A stretch of 63,410 nucleotides of DNA, filler included, from Octopus bimaculoides (GCF_001194135.2; 5 parts of 4 records of this genome joined end to end with filler, not necessarily neighbours in it), one strand, 5' to 3'. Positions 14,150 to 28,577 are shown, counted from the first letter of the whole stretch. Notes: generated by a model not told the origin, from the sequence alone. Numbers and translations are program-made.

Positions 14150-14300
14150 GATGAGGAATTATGTACATTATTTACATTATTTACATTTGACGGATATTTG
14201 TCCTCATCGTGTTTGTCGTTAACACAACGTTTCGGCTGATATACCATCCAGGCTTCATCAAATGTCTTGGGGAAATTTCGAACCTGTGTTCTCATTCCTA
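14150..14300 (-). mobile_element. Penelope-like element terminus with hammerhead-like motif
   Basis: Minus strand reads ...TGATGAAGCCTGGATGGTATATCAGCCGAAACGTTGTGTT followed by an AT-rich tail with TGTAAATAATGTA repeats. Confidence 0.6.
14222..14265 (-). ncRNA. Degenerate minimal type I hammerhead ribozyme motif
   Basis: ACAT-TTGATGA-A-GCCTG-loop-CAGCC-GAAAC-GTT-GTGT. Stem I ACAT/GTGT; core with C3>U; stem II with one mismatch; ACGT palindrome in place of stem III. Confidence 0.6.
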
Positions 14301-14315
14301 AGATATTTTTTGATG

Positions 14316-14917
14316 TTGTAAGCCTAGTACTTATATTATCGGTGTCTTATGCCGAACTGCTTAGATTCGGGTACGTAAACACACCAACATCGGTTATCAA
14401 GCGATGGTAGGTGTGACACACATACACACACACACACACATGACGGGATTCTTTCAGTTTCCGGCTACCGAATCCCCTCACAAGGCTTTAGTCGGCCCGA
14501 GGCTATAGTAGAAGACACTTGCCTAAGGTGCCACGCAGTGGGACTGAACCAAAAACCATGTGGTTGGTAAGCAACCTACTTACTACACAGTCACACCTGC
14601 GCGTTATTTATTTATTTATGTATACACACATACATATGTTTAACTTCACATGTTCTCGCATCAGATTAGTCTGAAAATCTATTGTGTGTATATGTCTGTT
14701 CGGTGATAAATTTAGTACCACCCTGTATAAAGAGTGTTTAACGGGAGCGTTGTATCTTTTATTTATGTTAGTGCAACATATGTTTGAAGCTTAAATGTTT
14801 GTTATTAATTTCTTGCAACATAAATGTCGGAATGCTTGTAAGAAGGGAATGTTACGATACTGTTAAACATATACATATGCATACATAATAAGTTCACACG
14901 CATACACACACACACAG

Positions 14918-14950
<33 letters not shown>

Positions 14951-15265
14951 CACACACATACACACATGTCTTCTTTTATCTTTTACTTGTTACATTCACT
15001 GGAATGCGGCCACGCTGGGCTACCGCCTTGAAGATATTTTAACCGAATGAATCGATTCTAGTTCTTATTCTTTTAAAGTTTGGTACTTATTCCATCGATT
15101 TCTTTTGCCGAATTGCTAATTTACAGGGACGGGACGTAAACATACCAACACCAGTTTTCAAGCGCTGGTGGGGAGAAACACAGGCACAAGGACAGCAGAC
15201 AGACACACAAGCACACACAACAGACTTCTTTTAGTTTCTGTCTACCAAATCCTACCACACAACCA
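14316..15265 (-). mobile_element. SINE family A copies (14316-14602 near complete; 14970-15265 5'-truncated)
   Basis: tRNA-like head ..GCAGGTGTGACTGTGTAGTAAG..GGTTCAGTCCCACTGCGTGGCACCTTAGGCAAGTGTC (CORE-like block), internal (CA)n, shared 3' domain. Confidence 0.85.
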
Positions 15266-15467
15266 CACCGCAACAATATGTTCATATATATTATCTGTCT
15301 CACTCTTTATCTATTATTATATTAACATGCATAGTTATAGATTAATACAGATTTTCATATAAATATAAGTAGATCGTTTATACAGATGTCTCTGTGTGAG
15401 TGTGTGTGTAAGTGTGCACGCGTGTATGTATGTATGTATGTATGTATGTATCTATCTATCCCTCTCT

Positions 15468-15518
<51 letters not shown>

Positions 15519-16699
15519 AGGCAAATAAGATGGAGAGAATGAAAATTCGACAAACCTGAGCCTGTAAGCATTCAATTATATCTATTTATTAATTGATTAT
15601 AATCATATGTGTAAGTGATCCAAATAAACGAATGAAATAAGCAAATAAAAAAGTAAATAAATATATAAATATAAATAAACGAATAAGGATAAATGACTGT
15701 ACGAATACTAAANNNNNNNNNNNNNNNNNNNNNNNNNNNNNNNNNNNNNNNNNNNNNNNNNNNNNNNNNNNNNNNNNNNNNNNNNNNNNNNNNNNNNNNN
15801 NNNNNNNNNNNNNNNNNNNNNNNNNNNNNNNNNNNNNNNNNNNNNNNNNNNNNNNNNNNNNNNNNNNNNNNNNNNNNNNNNNNNNNNNNNNNNNNNNNNN
15901 NNNNNNNNNNNNNNNNNNNNNNNNNNNNNNNNNNNNNNNNNNNNNNNNNNNNNNNNNNNNNNNNNNNNNNNNNNNNNNNNNNNNNNNNNNNNNNNNNNNN
16001 NNNNNNNNNNNNNNNNNNNNNNNNNNNNNNNNNNNNNNNNNNNNNNNNNNNNNNNNNNNNNNNNNNNNNNNNNNNNNNNNNNNNNNNNNNNNNNNNNNNN
16101 NNNNNNNNNNNNNNNNNNNNNNNNNNNNNNNNNNNNNNNNNNNNNNNNNNNNNNNNNNNNNNNNNNNNNNNNNNNNNNNNNNNNNNNNNNNNNNNNNNNN
16201 NNNNNNNNNNNNNNNNNNNNNNNNNNNNNNNNNNNNNNNNNNNNNNNNNNNNNNNNNNNNNNNNNNNNNNNNNNNNNNNNNNNNNNNNNNNNNNNNNNNN
16301 NNNNNNNNNNNNNNNNNNNNNNNNNNNNNNNNNNNNNNNNNNNNNNNNNNNNNNNNNNNNNNNNNNNNNNNNTATACATATATATATGTGTGTGTACGAT
16401 TCATCCTGTACTTATGTGTACAGCGTTATATACTTGATCCCGTGTGTGATTGAATGTCTTGGTGTATTTTCAGAAAGGTGCTGATGTGTGCATTCATATG
16501 AGCGTTTTTATCTTAGTTTTTATCCTATTCTATGAGCTCAGAAATGTAAATGCCCAGTATACAATTTTAGTGAGTTTCAACGTATGCTTTAATTTAATAA
16601 CAATTATACTGTAGCGTGTAAATAGATTAGCCGAGATGAATTTGTTTTATGAATGCCCACATAGTGACTCTTGTAAGAGGTTTTAAATTCGACGGTATC

Positions 16700-17200
16700 G
16701 TACAGAAAAATCATTTCAATCACTTGACAACTTTTTTACTGAGGAAATATACACAAAATAGGTTAATGACAACGTAACATGAATACCAGGTGTGATAGTA
16801 ACGCTGTCATTGACATCAGAAGATATGATGGCCAGAGTTTAGTGGTTACAGCTTAACATATGTTTTAATAATGGTCTAAATGTAGGTTATTGTAACGGGT
16901 GCAGTGTGGAATTTCGATTAAATACCGGACGTAATACTGTTTGGTCGTTGTGTCTTCATAGAGTGTCTCTAGAGATGGTATCGTTAATAGTAATCGCTGA
17001 AGACTACGGTGGTCTTTGGTGTTATGCTTTGGCTCTGTTATTTGTATGATGATAACGAATGGGGTGTTACAGGCTGTTAATGCTGTTTAGGTCATTTTAG
17101 AACTGTTGTTGATATTTCTGTGACCGTTTTTTTGCAGTGTTGGTGGGTTGGTGCTGACTATAGTAGTGACAATGATAGTGTTGGGTTACATTTCTCATCG
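16700..17200 (-). mobile_element. Possible decayed Penelope-like linker/GIY-YIG remnant
   Basis: Weak peptide resemblance (PFVI..., INDSVTITPGI...YISS) and the same strand-biased composition. Not decisive. Confidence 0.25.
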
Positions 17201-17819
17201 GAAACGTAAAGAATAGCATTAGTCTTATAGATTCCGTATTTGTTGTTATTGTTTAGTAGTGACAATCTCTGATAAAGAACAGAAAACTTGTAATGAAAGA
17301 CTTTCCAGCTGTCATTACGCAGTGTATATATCCCTATTGTATTCAACTTTATTCAATTCTTCTTTCGATTCTTCGAAGTGCAATTATCATATTACAGTTT
17401 CGTATTTCCTTTCACAGTTCTTTGCATTTTTATTGAACTCTGTATGGCCTTTTCAGTTGCAAATTCGGTTATTAATGAGCAGGGAAGTTAGTGTTCCATT
17501 GCTTCGTCTTGCTCAATATTTATTGGTTATGTCTTGTAGCCCTATCTGACAAAAGAAACTTTTGATAATCCTCTACTCGTTATCAAGCGGCAGAGTGTCT
17601 TTCACTGAATCCATGGCGTTCCTAAATCAGAGGGAAAGACTCCAGGAGGGGGGAATTCCCATGTGGATTGGAGTGGTATGACCGTCACCTTTTCTTCTGG
17701 GCATTGTGCATATATAATATCCCATTATCCAATGTGTCATCTTTTCCTTTCTTTTTTGTAGTAGTAGTAGTAGTATTCAGGAGGGGATCTCCAGTATGCA
17801 CCGAATTGGTTCGTTGCCG

Positions 17820-18470
17820 GGTGCTGTGAAATGAGGATGAGGATAAGTTTTGCGAAGACTGAGATATTCGTCCTCTCAAGAAAGTTTTCGCAGTGCACTC
17901 TGTATGTTACTGGAACGTTACTGAGTCAAGTGGAGAAGTTTGATTATCTCGGAGCTGTGTGCACGAGAGATAGAAAGCTGAACTGGTTGATAGAATTGCA
18001 TTTGCTAGTAGAGTAATACGCTTTCCATCCTCAGAAAAGGAGAGGTTGATATAAAGTTAGACTATATGTCACCCTATTTTCATAAGTGTTGGGTAATGAT
18101 CGAAGCAATAAGATTGCAGCTAAAAATGAGGTTCCTTCGAAGGATCTCTGAAATCACGTAATTCGACAGGACGCAAAGCTTAGAGACTACGAAGTCTCTC
18201 CTAATCGAGCCTGTACTTCTCTGCATTGAGAGATCGCAGCTTCTGTACTACGGAGATGTAGTTAGAATTCCTTGGGAAAATATTGTAAGATACGACTGGA
18301 GACCTAGAAGTAGACCAAGAGTGAGGTTGTTGGATAATCTGCATAATCTTAACTGATTACACTTAGTGGTCAAAAGGAACGTGTTGTGATGGTTACTTCT
18401 GGTAGAACCCTATGGATGAGGGGCCTGAGAACTATACCCCCTCCATGATACCCCACTCCATGAAAAGTGG
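17820..18470 (+). mobile_element. RTE-clade LINE 3' fragment
   Basis: MRISFAKTEIFVLSRK...QVEKFDYLG then HKCWVMIE..KMRFLRRIS...IERSQLLYYGDVVRIP. Confidence 0.85.
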
Positions 18471-19129
18471 TTGGTGAAAATAAATGGACAGATAGAGGAA
18501 TATTAAAAATTATTATTGATTACACAGAAAAGACTACTTTGCAATGAATGCTTGCCTGCAGTGTGCAGCCTCTTATTTCATGTTCCCGTTTGCTTTTCAG
18601 TTTTATGTAATGTTTTATTTCCCAAAGGCGTTCACTTGCTAGTTTAAACAACTCATGAACGTTAATTTTATTTCAATTTCGACATGAACGAAATTGCTGA
18701 TATCCTTTGATTTATTTCTTACTAAACGGTACTATTCTTGGTGAGGACGATGGCGTATGGCAAGAGCTTTGTACTACAGAATTTCATGTATTTCAACATT
18801 TTATCTTCTGACATACATGATTTAGTACAATAAATATGTAGCCCCCATATTAATCTCTATTAACGCCGTCTTATGTACATTTGCTTAGTATTTCTCTCAT
18901 TACTGCTTTGGCAAGTACGCTGATGGATGTGCTTCAGTGATGAGATCAAACTGAGACTGAAATATGGCCTGATATTCTCCACTATTTTCTAAAAAAAAAA
19001 TCGTAACTTAGATAAGTCATTGACTAATATAATTTCAAATTCACCTCATATTTAGTTCTACATATGCTTTATATGTCAAAACCTTAAATATATTATCATC
19101 TATCTACCAGTCTCTGCGTTCCATCGCTA

Positions 19130-19475
19130 AGTCATATGTGTGTTTAAAAAGCTCTCTTCACAACCGCATGGTTTCGGGTTCAGTCTCACTACGCCGCACC
19201 TTGGACAAGTGTTTTGTAATATCGCATTGGGTCAACCTTGCCTTGGGACTAAATTCAGTTGACGGAAATTGTGTGGAAGCCCGTCAAACATTTACGTGTC
19301 TTAATGGTTGCCATCACTGTTGCTTGCAACTGGTGTTAGTTTGCTTACGTCCACGTATTTAAGCTGTAAGGTAAAAAAAGCCAGATAGAATAAGTACTGC
19401 AGTTGATATTTTGCGACTAAACTTACAAGGTAGTGCTCCAGCATTGCCACAATTAAATGACATATAAATAAATGA
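19130..19475 (+). mobile_element. SINE-A copy, diverged
   Basis: caaccgcatggtttcgggttcagtctcactacgccgcaccttggacaagtg...gatagaataagtact...gtgctccagcattgccac. Confidence 0.8.
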
Positions 19476-21094
19476 GAACCTATAAAGCTTGTACTCTATA
19501 TTGTAGATAAGATATATGGAACATTATACAAAATGTGACGAATTATGCGGTGTTCTTCTAAGCTGCCACAGTCTTCCATTTCTATTTCCCCTCTCAATAT
19601 GCTGACTATTAATTGTTGCACTTTATTTAAAATTAACAATGAGCCTAATCATATAACACATTTGTATATGAAATCGATGTGTTAGCAAACAAGAAAACGA
19701 GCGTGAATAAATGTCTTATTGTGTTTAAAATAGTCTCACTTTTCCACGACTTAAATAGAAGCTGTCAGAGCAAACTTTTCATTTCATCTCAGTTATATAC
19801 TATAATGAAACAAAACATTGTCGACGTGTTTTAAAGTTTCCTCTGTAACCATGAAGTCCAGAGCCCTATTCCATTATTTAATATCTTCGGCAATTGGAAT
19901 GACAGAAAATTTGTGGATGTCAATCGAATGCATTGTGCTTGAAATTCAGTGGGTCAGCCTCATCACGTACTGTGTCAGTCTCATTTTGCTTCAGTATTAT
20001 GTTAACGATATATTGTGGAATACTCAAATATCTACTCGTAAATTTTGAGATTTGTAAGTTGAGCTTATCAGAGAACTGAATGCTCACTGAAATCAATACT
20101 ACAGTCGTATATATTTCTGCTCTTCAGTAATTTGGCTAGTAACTAAGTTAGAAACAAAAACAAAAATAAATAAACGTTTAGTGGTAGAATCGGAGAACTG
20201 CAATAAAATTTTATAGTATATAAAGTTTCACTTCTTAATGATCTGGAATCAAATTCCTTTTGAGTGAATGTTATATTATTTTCAACCCAAGTCCCTCAAA
20301 TAAATACCAGTAATATACGCAAACTAATGTACTACATTATTTTATTGAGCCTCACTTGTTCTGAATCCTTACTAAATTTCATTTTATGCCTTTTGCATTG
20401 TATATGTTTCCCTTGTCCAAAATTAAGCTTGTGCATTCATAAAATAAATCAATTTTATTGATGTGTAGGCATGACCTAAGTGGTAAAGTCACTGAACTCG
20501 GTTATCATTAGAGGTTTATTGATAACAGACGTCAGAGTTAATTGATGGCCAGTAAACATAAATTCAATGAATAGCCACATAGGCAGCATACATCAATTTG
20601 TAGTAAACTTCCTTCAATATTCTTTTAACAACGCTTCAAGAACAAAACAACTATTTCCCAATTGTCTAACAACACGAAAAAGCTGAAAGAGGATTAGATT
20701 TGATGTACAGTTATTTATTCAGAAAGGCAGCGTATTATAATTTTTATGTAGTCAAGAGTTTTAGAAAAATTTTATTTTCCAGTATCTGTAAATATTTCCC
20801 TCTCTAGTGTACACATACACACATGATTACATATACGTATGTATGTATGTATGTATGTATGTATGTATGTATGTATGTATGTACGTGTTTATGTATGTAT
20901 GTAAGTATGTATGTATGTTTGTATGTATGCATACACACCCACACACAGATATACATATATGCATATATGTATGTGTATGTGTGTAAATTATATAAAAATG
21001 AGAAGGAGAGAAAGATAATTGGAGGGACATATAAGATAAACAAGTAAGTTTCAAATATATACATGTATACATGTGTGTGTGCGCGCGTGTGTGT

Positions 21095-21136
<42 letters not shown>

Positions 21137-21634
21137 CCTATCTATCTATTTTATTAGATACTAAATTCCATTTGTGTCTGGAATTGAGACAGATGTATTA
21201 TGACATGTAAGATACGGGAGATTTAAGCAGCACTTCAGAGCATTACAGGAAGACATAAGAGTGAACTTGATGCTAACTAAATCTGTTAAGAATATAATGT
21301 CTAATACTTCGAATTACTTGAAGATGTTTGAACTAATAAATTTTAAAATATTAACACACCTTTTGGCAGAAGTTAGTCAACCTTGACAGCCAATATTATG
21401 CAAGATTTATTTTAGCATGATGGATTCATGGACAGCGTATGAATAATGAAATATGATTGCTTTTCACTATTTATACGTTGCCCACTTTATTTTTGAAATA
21501 AAATGAGCAAGTAATATAATGATAATAATACGAAAATAATTATAAATGACATTCGTTGTCCTGTCATCTATTTTATTTATAAGTGTCACTGCGGGAGAGT
21601 AAATTTTCGTAGTGTGTATGTATAGTCATCACTG

Positions 21635-22390
21635 GTTGGCTAAGAAGGTCACTTTGCAGCCACGTGATTTCAGGCGCTGCCCTAGTATGCGGTACCTTCA
21701 AAAAACATCATCTATTGTAGCTTCGGGCCGACCAAATATTTCTGAGTGAATTTAGTTGACAGAAAATCTCGTACATACATACATACAAACATACATACAA
21801 AACATACATACACACAAATGTACACACACATATGTGCATACATACACACATACATAGATACATACATAAATACATACATACATACATATATATANNNNNN
21901 NNNNNNNNNNNNNNNNNNNNNNNNNNNNNNNNNNNNNNNNNNNNNNNNNNNNNNNNNNNNNNNNNNNNNNNNNNNNNNNNNNNNNNNNNNNNNNNNNNNN
22001 NNNNNNNNNNNNNNNNNNNNNNNNNNNNNNNNNNNNNNNNNNNNNNNNNNNNNNNNNNNNNNNNNNNNNNNNNNNNNNNNNNNNNNNNATGTGTGTGTAT
22101 GATGTTTTAAAGTAATCTTCACATATTTTCTATTGAAATAAGACCCAGGACTGACAGATACGCCGTATTAATTATATATTGATATATATATATAACGTGT
22201 GTATGCATGTGTGTATGTCTGCATTTCACACCTCCGCCACTTACGTCCTTGTAATCTATCGGTTCGGCAAAAGAGAACGATAGAATGAGTATCAGACTTA
22301 AAAGAACAAATAATTAATGGGGTCGATTTGTTTGACTAAAAGGTGTTCGTGGCGGTATTCCAGGATAGCTGCAGTCCAATGATGATATGT
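21635..22390 (+). mobile_element. SINE-A copy split by a (TACA)n expansion and a gap
   Basis: 5' block 21635-21770 (cttcgggccgaccaaa) and 3' block 22225-22390 (cggttcggcaaaagagaacgatagaat). Confidence 0.65.
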
Positions 22391-23936
22391 AAGTAGAAGT
22401 TAAAATAAAATAAGACAAAGCAACTTGTTGCAAATTCTTTACTTTTATGTCACATATCCATTGTAGACTAATAAAAGAAACATCAATTTTAAACGATGCC
22501 TCTATAAACAATTGAGGCGTGTTTTTCTAAGTAACACTTCAGTACATTAGAACTGATAATTCATTGCACAACTGGCTAAAATATCCGTCAGAATTGACGT
22601 CCATCTTTTCCCTTTATTTATACCTGACACAACATTAAAGGGTCCCAATCTAATAAAGGATCTCATGTAAATTATATAGCTCTCGACCTCCAGGATTATT
22701 TGACAAACATGATTAATTTCACCCACAACTCAAAATATATCAGCCGTGGAGTTACTGTTAACTAGAAATTACAATGGAATTTAGAATTATTAAAGTAAAT
22801 CTCAAACTATTTATAAGATATTTTGAGACGGACAGTAACTTTTATAAATATTTCATTCCAAATTGACAAGACTTTTCACAGGCTGCAGCAGATTAAGAAC
22901 ATATAAGATTGATCTTCTTTCAACATTTTGAAAGGTTTACGGATTTTCTTGACCTCTTCCATGATTATATTAACTCTGCTTTGCGTCGCTGATTAAATAT
23001 AGAAGAAAGAAACGATGGACACATCACTGACTGGCAATATAATAAGCCTGGTAACAGCTGAAAGCGTCTGCTCAAATTAATTTTTTTTTTTTAATAATAA
23101 AGTCTTCAGAAATAGAAGAAAACAAAAGATTACAGACCAATTCATATGAATAATGTTTGAAATGTCTTAGATATACTAATTTCAAAGAGAAAAGGCAACA
23201 AATAACATTTAATTGTGACAAAACAAAAGACAATATAGACATTTCACTGACACTTCAGTATTGTAAAAAAAAGTATTTCTCTATTTTTGAAACTCAATAA
23301 CACATACGAAATAAACTTAACGATTCACAAAAATGACAGAATACTATTCCTCTATTAGATTTGGCAAATCAGATGAAAGAATTGTTTAGATATCTTTCAC
23401 AAATTCTGGTAAATATAGCTTGAATCTAACAAACAAATGATGTCTGTATTATTTTCATTTTTTTCAGCCGTTTATAAATTAAAAAGACAGTGAACTTTCA
23501 GACTTATATTTTTGTAGAGAAATTAAAAATGGCCTATGTTAGTCGTGTCATTCACGCTAATATTTTACGAAAGTATAAGCAGAATCAATAGATTTCATAA
23601 GATAACTAATTGACTGTGTGTGGTATGTAGCAAAAATAATAAATTAGTAGAATAAAATTGTACATGAATGGGTAGAATAACATCTCTGAAGTTAAGTCTG
23701 AGGACCAAATTCTGTCTATAAGTTATTAGCCATCATTTCGTTATAACATAGTACAAATTCAAGTCATTTTGTCTTATCTAGACAGTGATGCCCATCTTTA
23801 AGTATGTTTCCTCATATTTTTATTATCAATAACCTCCTAAACGTGATCATAGTATAAAACGCATAGAATGATTTTAGCCTAAGGACATACACACAAGCAC
23901 GTGTGTGAGTGTGTGTGCGTACGTGTGTGCATGTGC

Positions 23937-23967
<31 letters not shown>

Positions 23968-24699
23968 TGCAAGTCTTTATATATTACCATGGCTAATACG
24001 CGACGACGATAAATAAATTTAGTGCAAATAGGTGATAAATTTTAAGGAAAATTTTGAAGATTTGTGTAAATTGAACTTAGATTTATTTGGCGACTTTGTG
24101 GAGATATTGACACGAGGTTGCTCAAACACCTGCATATCCGTGATATCACATCAACGTACAACTTCCAGATAAGCCATGTGTTACTAAAGGAAGTACCTAT
24201 TCTACTAGCGAGCGCTAGTTTCAATATCAGTATACATCTTACCTGTTGTGCGAATGACGACCGCATATACATACATATTCAAACGTATCTAAGTGTTCAA
24301 ATTAGATTGTTTTAAAGGGTTTTCATTGTACATGTACATATTATATATGCCTCCATATTATCTTCAAAATGTATACACCCAACTGCATGCATACATAAAA
24401 GCACATACACAAGTACAGCAATACACACCATAAACGAATTTTCAGTGCATAAGTATACACACACGCACACGCGCGCACACACACATCTGTATATATTTTT
24501 TAAATAATTGATAGGGAAGAAAGAGTGTGCTGTAAGCTTTATTTAACACAACGATAGTTACACATACACACACAGCCAGACAGACGCATACACACACAGC
24601 CAGACAGACACATACACACACGTATATATGCCTATATGAGTGTGCATGTATTTGAGTGTGTATGTACATGGAAGAGTAATACTCTTACATATTAGACCC

Positions 24700-25950
24700 G
24701 CTATTACTCTTAAAAAACACCGAGGAGAAATCTACAGTGAACAAAATAACGAAATTAGTAAACGAAAACAATCTAGATGGAAAACAAAACAACGTGTGCC
24801 GCTATATTGGATGGTTAACTACACCTTACCAACCCTACCTTAGACAAAAATTCATGAACATTTTTGGCAACTCTTCACACCAAGCTCTTGAGGGAAAGCT
24901 AATCACTCTAAAACGAGAACTCAGGACGATGAGCGAGAAACTCTGCTATCGCAAGCAAATTTTTGAGCGAGCCAGTATCAATCGCAAGTTTGTTTCCAAC
25001 CCACAAGCATTTAGAAAGCTCCCTCCCAAGAAGATCTACAATCATTCTGGTCAACATCTTGGAACGGAAAGAGAGATTTCAACCTGAATGCATCATAGTT
25101 AAATACAATTGAGAGAATACCGTACCGACACAAACAGTAAAACATTAAAAAATTGATTTAGAAACCTTCGTTATAGCAATCTGCAGAATGAGAAGGCACT
25201 TGGAAGAGACCTAATAGTTGGATATTGGTACAAGAAGTTGACATTTTATAGAAACCAATTGATATGTATGTTCAAAAGGTCAGACTGATATACTATATTG
25301 GATTGCTACAGTAGGGAGAAATCTTGTTGCCAAAAATGAAATTACCGAGATGGCAGGAAACTACAGGCTCAGTGCTTGCCTAAACATTATGTACAAACTG
25401 TACACATGTTGTCTCAACCAATTCCTCCAGGACCATTGTGAGTTGAACAACATTATGACTGATGAACAGGCTGGTGGAAAGAAGGGAGTGTGGAGATGTG
25501 CCGAACAACTTTTAATAAACAAAGATTTACAGTCTGAAATAAGAAAACAACGCAGAAACCTTGCAACAGTATGGCTTGACTATAAGAAGGCATTCGACTT
25601 TATCCTTCATTCATGGCTGTTGAAGTGCCTACATCTGGCAAAAGTACCTACTACCTTAATTGCTGCTATAGACAGACTCACAAAGACAAGGTCAACTATT
25701 CTTACCCTTACAACTGAGAACAGAGCAGTTGTTTCTAATATTATTGGCATTACAAAGGGAATGTACCAGGGAGATAGTCTTTCTGTACTTTTTTTTTCAT
25801 TTTGGCACTGAATCTACTACAGAAAAGAAATGGTGACATGCTAGAATCTTCAACTGCCAGAATTATAAATGTAACTCATAATTTCTTGTAGACGACTTGA
25901 AGATTAATGCTAAAAGTGTTTACAATGCCAAAAAACAATTGGAATTAATA
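24700..25950 (+). mobile_element. R4/Dong-clade non-LTR retrotransposon RT fragment
   Basis: NYRLSACLNIMYKLYT...EQAGGKKG..EQLLINK...WLDYKKAFD..HSWL...GMYQGDSLS, then LVDDLK. Frameshifted; ends at a (TTA)n tract. Confidence 0.88.
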
Positions 25951-25959
25951 ACATTTTCA

Positions 25960-26028
<69 letters not shown>

Positions 26029-27309
26029 AATTAAACCTTGGGAGAGGCATTATGCCGGTAATAAACACACGCACTGGTTCAGTCCTTTATTAATTTATAA
26101 TAATAATATATATGTCNNNNNNNNNNATACCATGCTTGGACCAGACACGAGACATCAGTGTATATATATATATATATATATACTGATTTCTAGGAATACA
26201 TTATATTTATACTGGCCAATCTACTCTCATACTATGTTGTAAATTAACTTAACTTCCTTATCCATGATGCTACATTGATGAACGTTGTTTATGTAAACGA
26301 GATGAGGCTGTATTTTTAGGCAAATATCGAAGAAATAAATAGCACAGTTTTCTGTCTGTCCTTACAGTAGTTTCTTTGGATAAGTAATTCAATATCATCA
26401 TGCTGTAAATGAGAACTATAGCAACTCTGTAGATATAAAAAAAGCAAATGCAAAAGAATCGTAAGCATAACTTGAACATATATTGTCGTATTTAAGCCCA
26501 TGCACTCATTATTTTCACGAATTACTTTTGTTGATTTCGTTGCTGTTCAAACTACAACCGTCTCTGTATATAATCCTGGTACAACACTGCTCGGTAGGTT
26601 TTAAGAGTCACTAGCTAAATCGAACAATGTACAATAAGATCTTTACTATTGAGAATCAGTTTACTCGCTGGCGATACATGTAGGCGTATATAAATCTCTT
26701 TATGTGCCAGTGGATTATATTGATAGTCAAGACTACTGGTTTTCAACTTTTAATAGATGCTCCAATGCAGGTTATTTCTTGTTTAAGAAACAGATGCTCC
26801 AATCCATACAGTCTATAACAAAAGCTCAGATTTTCTAATCCATGTTAGCTTTATGTAACGATCTATAAATACTATATCAAAGTATCATACTTCGCAGTCC
26901 ATACCAGCCATCTCTAATTATCGAAGAAGTTTACAGTTTTTTCTTAGGAGTGGAATATTTCAAAAGTCATCATATATTGACAACGTCGTTATTCTCCATG
27001 TTTCCTTCATATTCTCGTCGACTTCACTTGGGATAAAATATATTTTTATTTCTGATAAACTAAAGGCAGAGGGACGTGGAATTACTTACTACAGGGAATC
27101 AACATTTGCTTCTCTGTTTAACGACGTTGCATTGGAACAAATATGTCGCTTAATGCATCGAAAGTTAAACGACAAATGAAAAAATATGCAATGTTCAGAC
27201 TAAATTTGAAAGTTTGCATAAAAGGAAGACACAATATCCCATCCAAAACTGAAAAGGATTTTAGAAAATAAAAAATATATCAAAAAGATTATGACTGGGA
27301 GATAGTAGT

Positions 27310-27990
27310 TTACTCAAATTAGCTGCCCTCATCTTCCACGACATCATCAACAAGACTCCAGAACATGATGCATGCGTTCTTCAGTACTTTCTTTGTAAGA
27401 TATTTGAACACCTACTTGAACTTGTACACCTACTTGACATTGGTGTTGCAGGCAGTGCGATGTTTTTGCAAACATAGTAATGTATTGGATTACAATCGTG
27501 GAAATTAGGAGGCCAAAAATTGGGGCTGGAGATCTCGTAGAAATCCTCCAGCAAACATTTCTGAGTCTTTCCCAAAATAGAGCAAGGAGCCAAATCCTTC
27601 TGCCACACATGGCTTTCCAGCAGTAACTCTCCTCCAACCTGAGTTTAACCACAGTCGCCAGCAGCTTCAAATAGGCATCTGAATTGAGCATAAGGTCATC
27701 AGTTTTTTGACAAATTCCGGCATACAGACAGTCAGCACACCTACTGTGCCCCTGTCTGCAGGCCACGGCTTTGTAGTCTGCGTTGCAGCTGTTCATATCA
27801 CATATCACAGCATTTACAGAATTTACAGAGCACTTATCTGCAGTTATGACATCAGCATTTTAAAACCACGGCGCAAATTATCATGATGCAGGAAACTATT
27901 TTCCAGTATTCAGAAGGTTTCCAATCCTTCATATCAGCTAACTTTTTCTTAACTACAACTTTAATCTTTATGCTCTCCAACACCCTTGAC
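27310..27990 (-). mobile_element. Tc1/mariner (maT/DD37D-like) transposase remnant with internal deletion
   Basis: WQKDLAPC..KTQKCLLEDFYEISSPNFWPPNFHDCNPIHYYV (cf. QQDSAPCH...WPPNSPDCNPMDY); C-terminus NACIMFWSLVDDVVEDEG; N-terminus MKDWKPSEYWK. Confidence 0.8.
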
Positions 27991-28577
27991 TGCTCACAAA
28001 TATATCAAATAGTTCCTGGAAAAGGAGAAATAAAAAAATCTTCAAATTTAGCCCAAACAGCCTGTCAAGTTGTGAATTATTCGGTGGGTCTATATAATTT
28101 ACTGAATGCTATTAGGCAGAATATATATAATATACTATTGTCTACCATGCTGCAATCAATGAATATCGAATAAACAATTACTTTGTTCCAAATAGTCGGG
28201 GGTTATTACCGGGAGGTAGTATGAACTGATACTCTTCACCGCAGAAGTAAGCATATGACCATATAATAGCAGCCTAAGAGTTTTCCTAGATGTGTAGTTA
28301 GCTAAATTATGTATATATTTATTTGTATAGACAAATAACAGTAGCTTTCGATGATGATATTGAAATTATAAAGTATTCTGGATAGATGTAGCAGATGTTC
28401 GTATATTATATCTTGGCAATAATCATCAGACGGTTATAAACTTAGCTAAGAGTTAGGATAGATTTTTCACAATAGTATACAAAGTCATACGTACACGCAC
28501 GCATAAGCATACACATAAACTAACACACATACACACACACATATATATATATATGAATAGACACACATTCCCGATAT

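Noticed and set aside
14095-14295. 66-aa ORF MRTQVRNFPKTFDEAW...
   Set aside because: Incidental reading through the non-coding Penelope-like terminus.
18935-18975. GTGATGA followed by several CTGA boxes
   Set aside because: Spacing of 7-30 nt is too short for a box C/D snoRNA.
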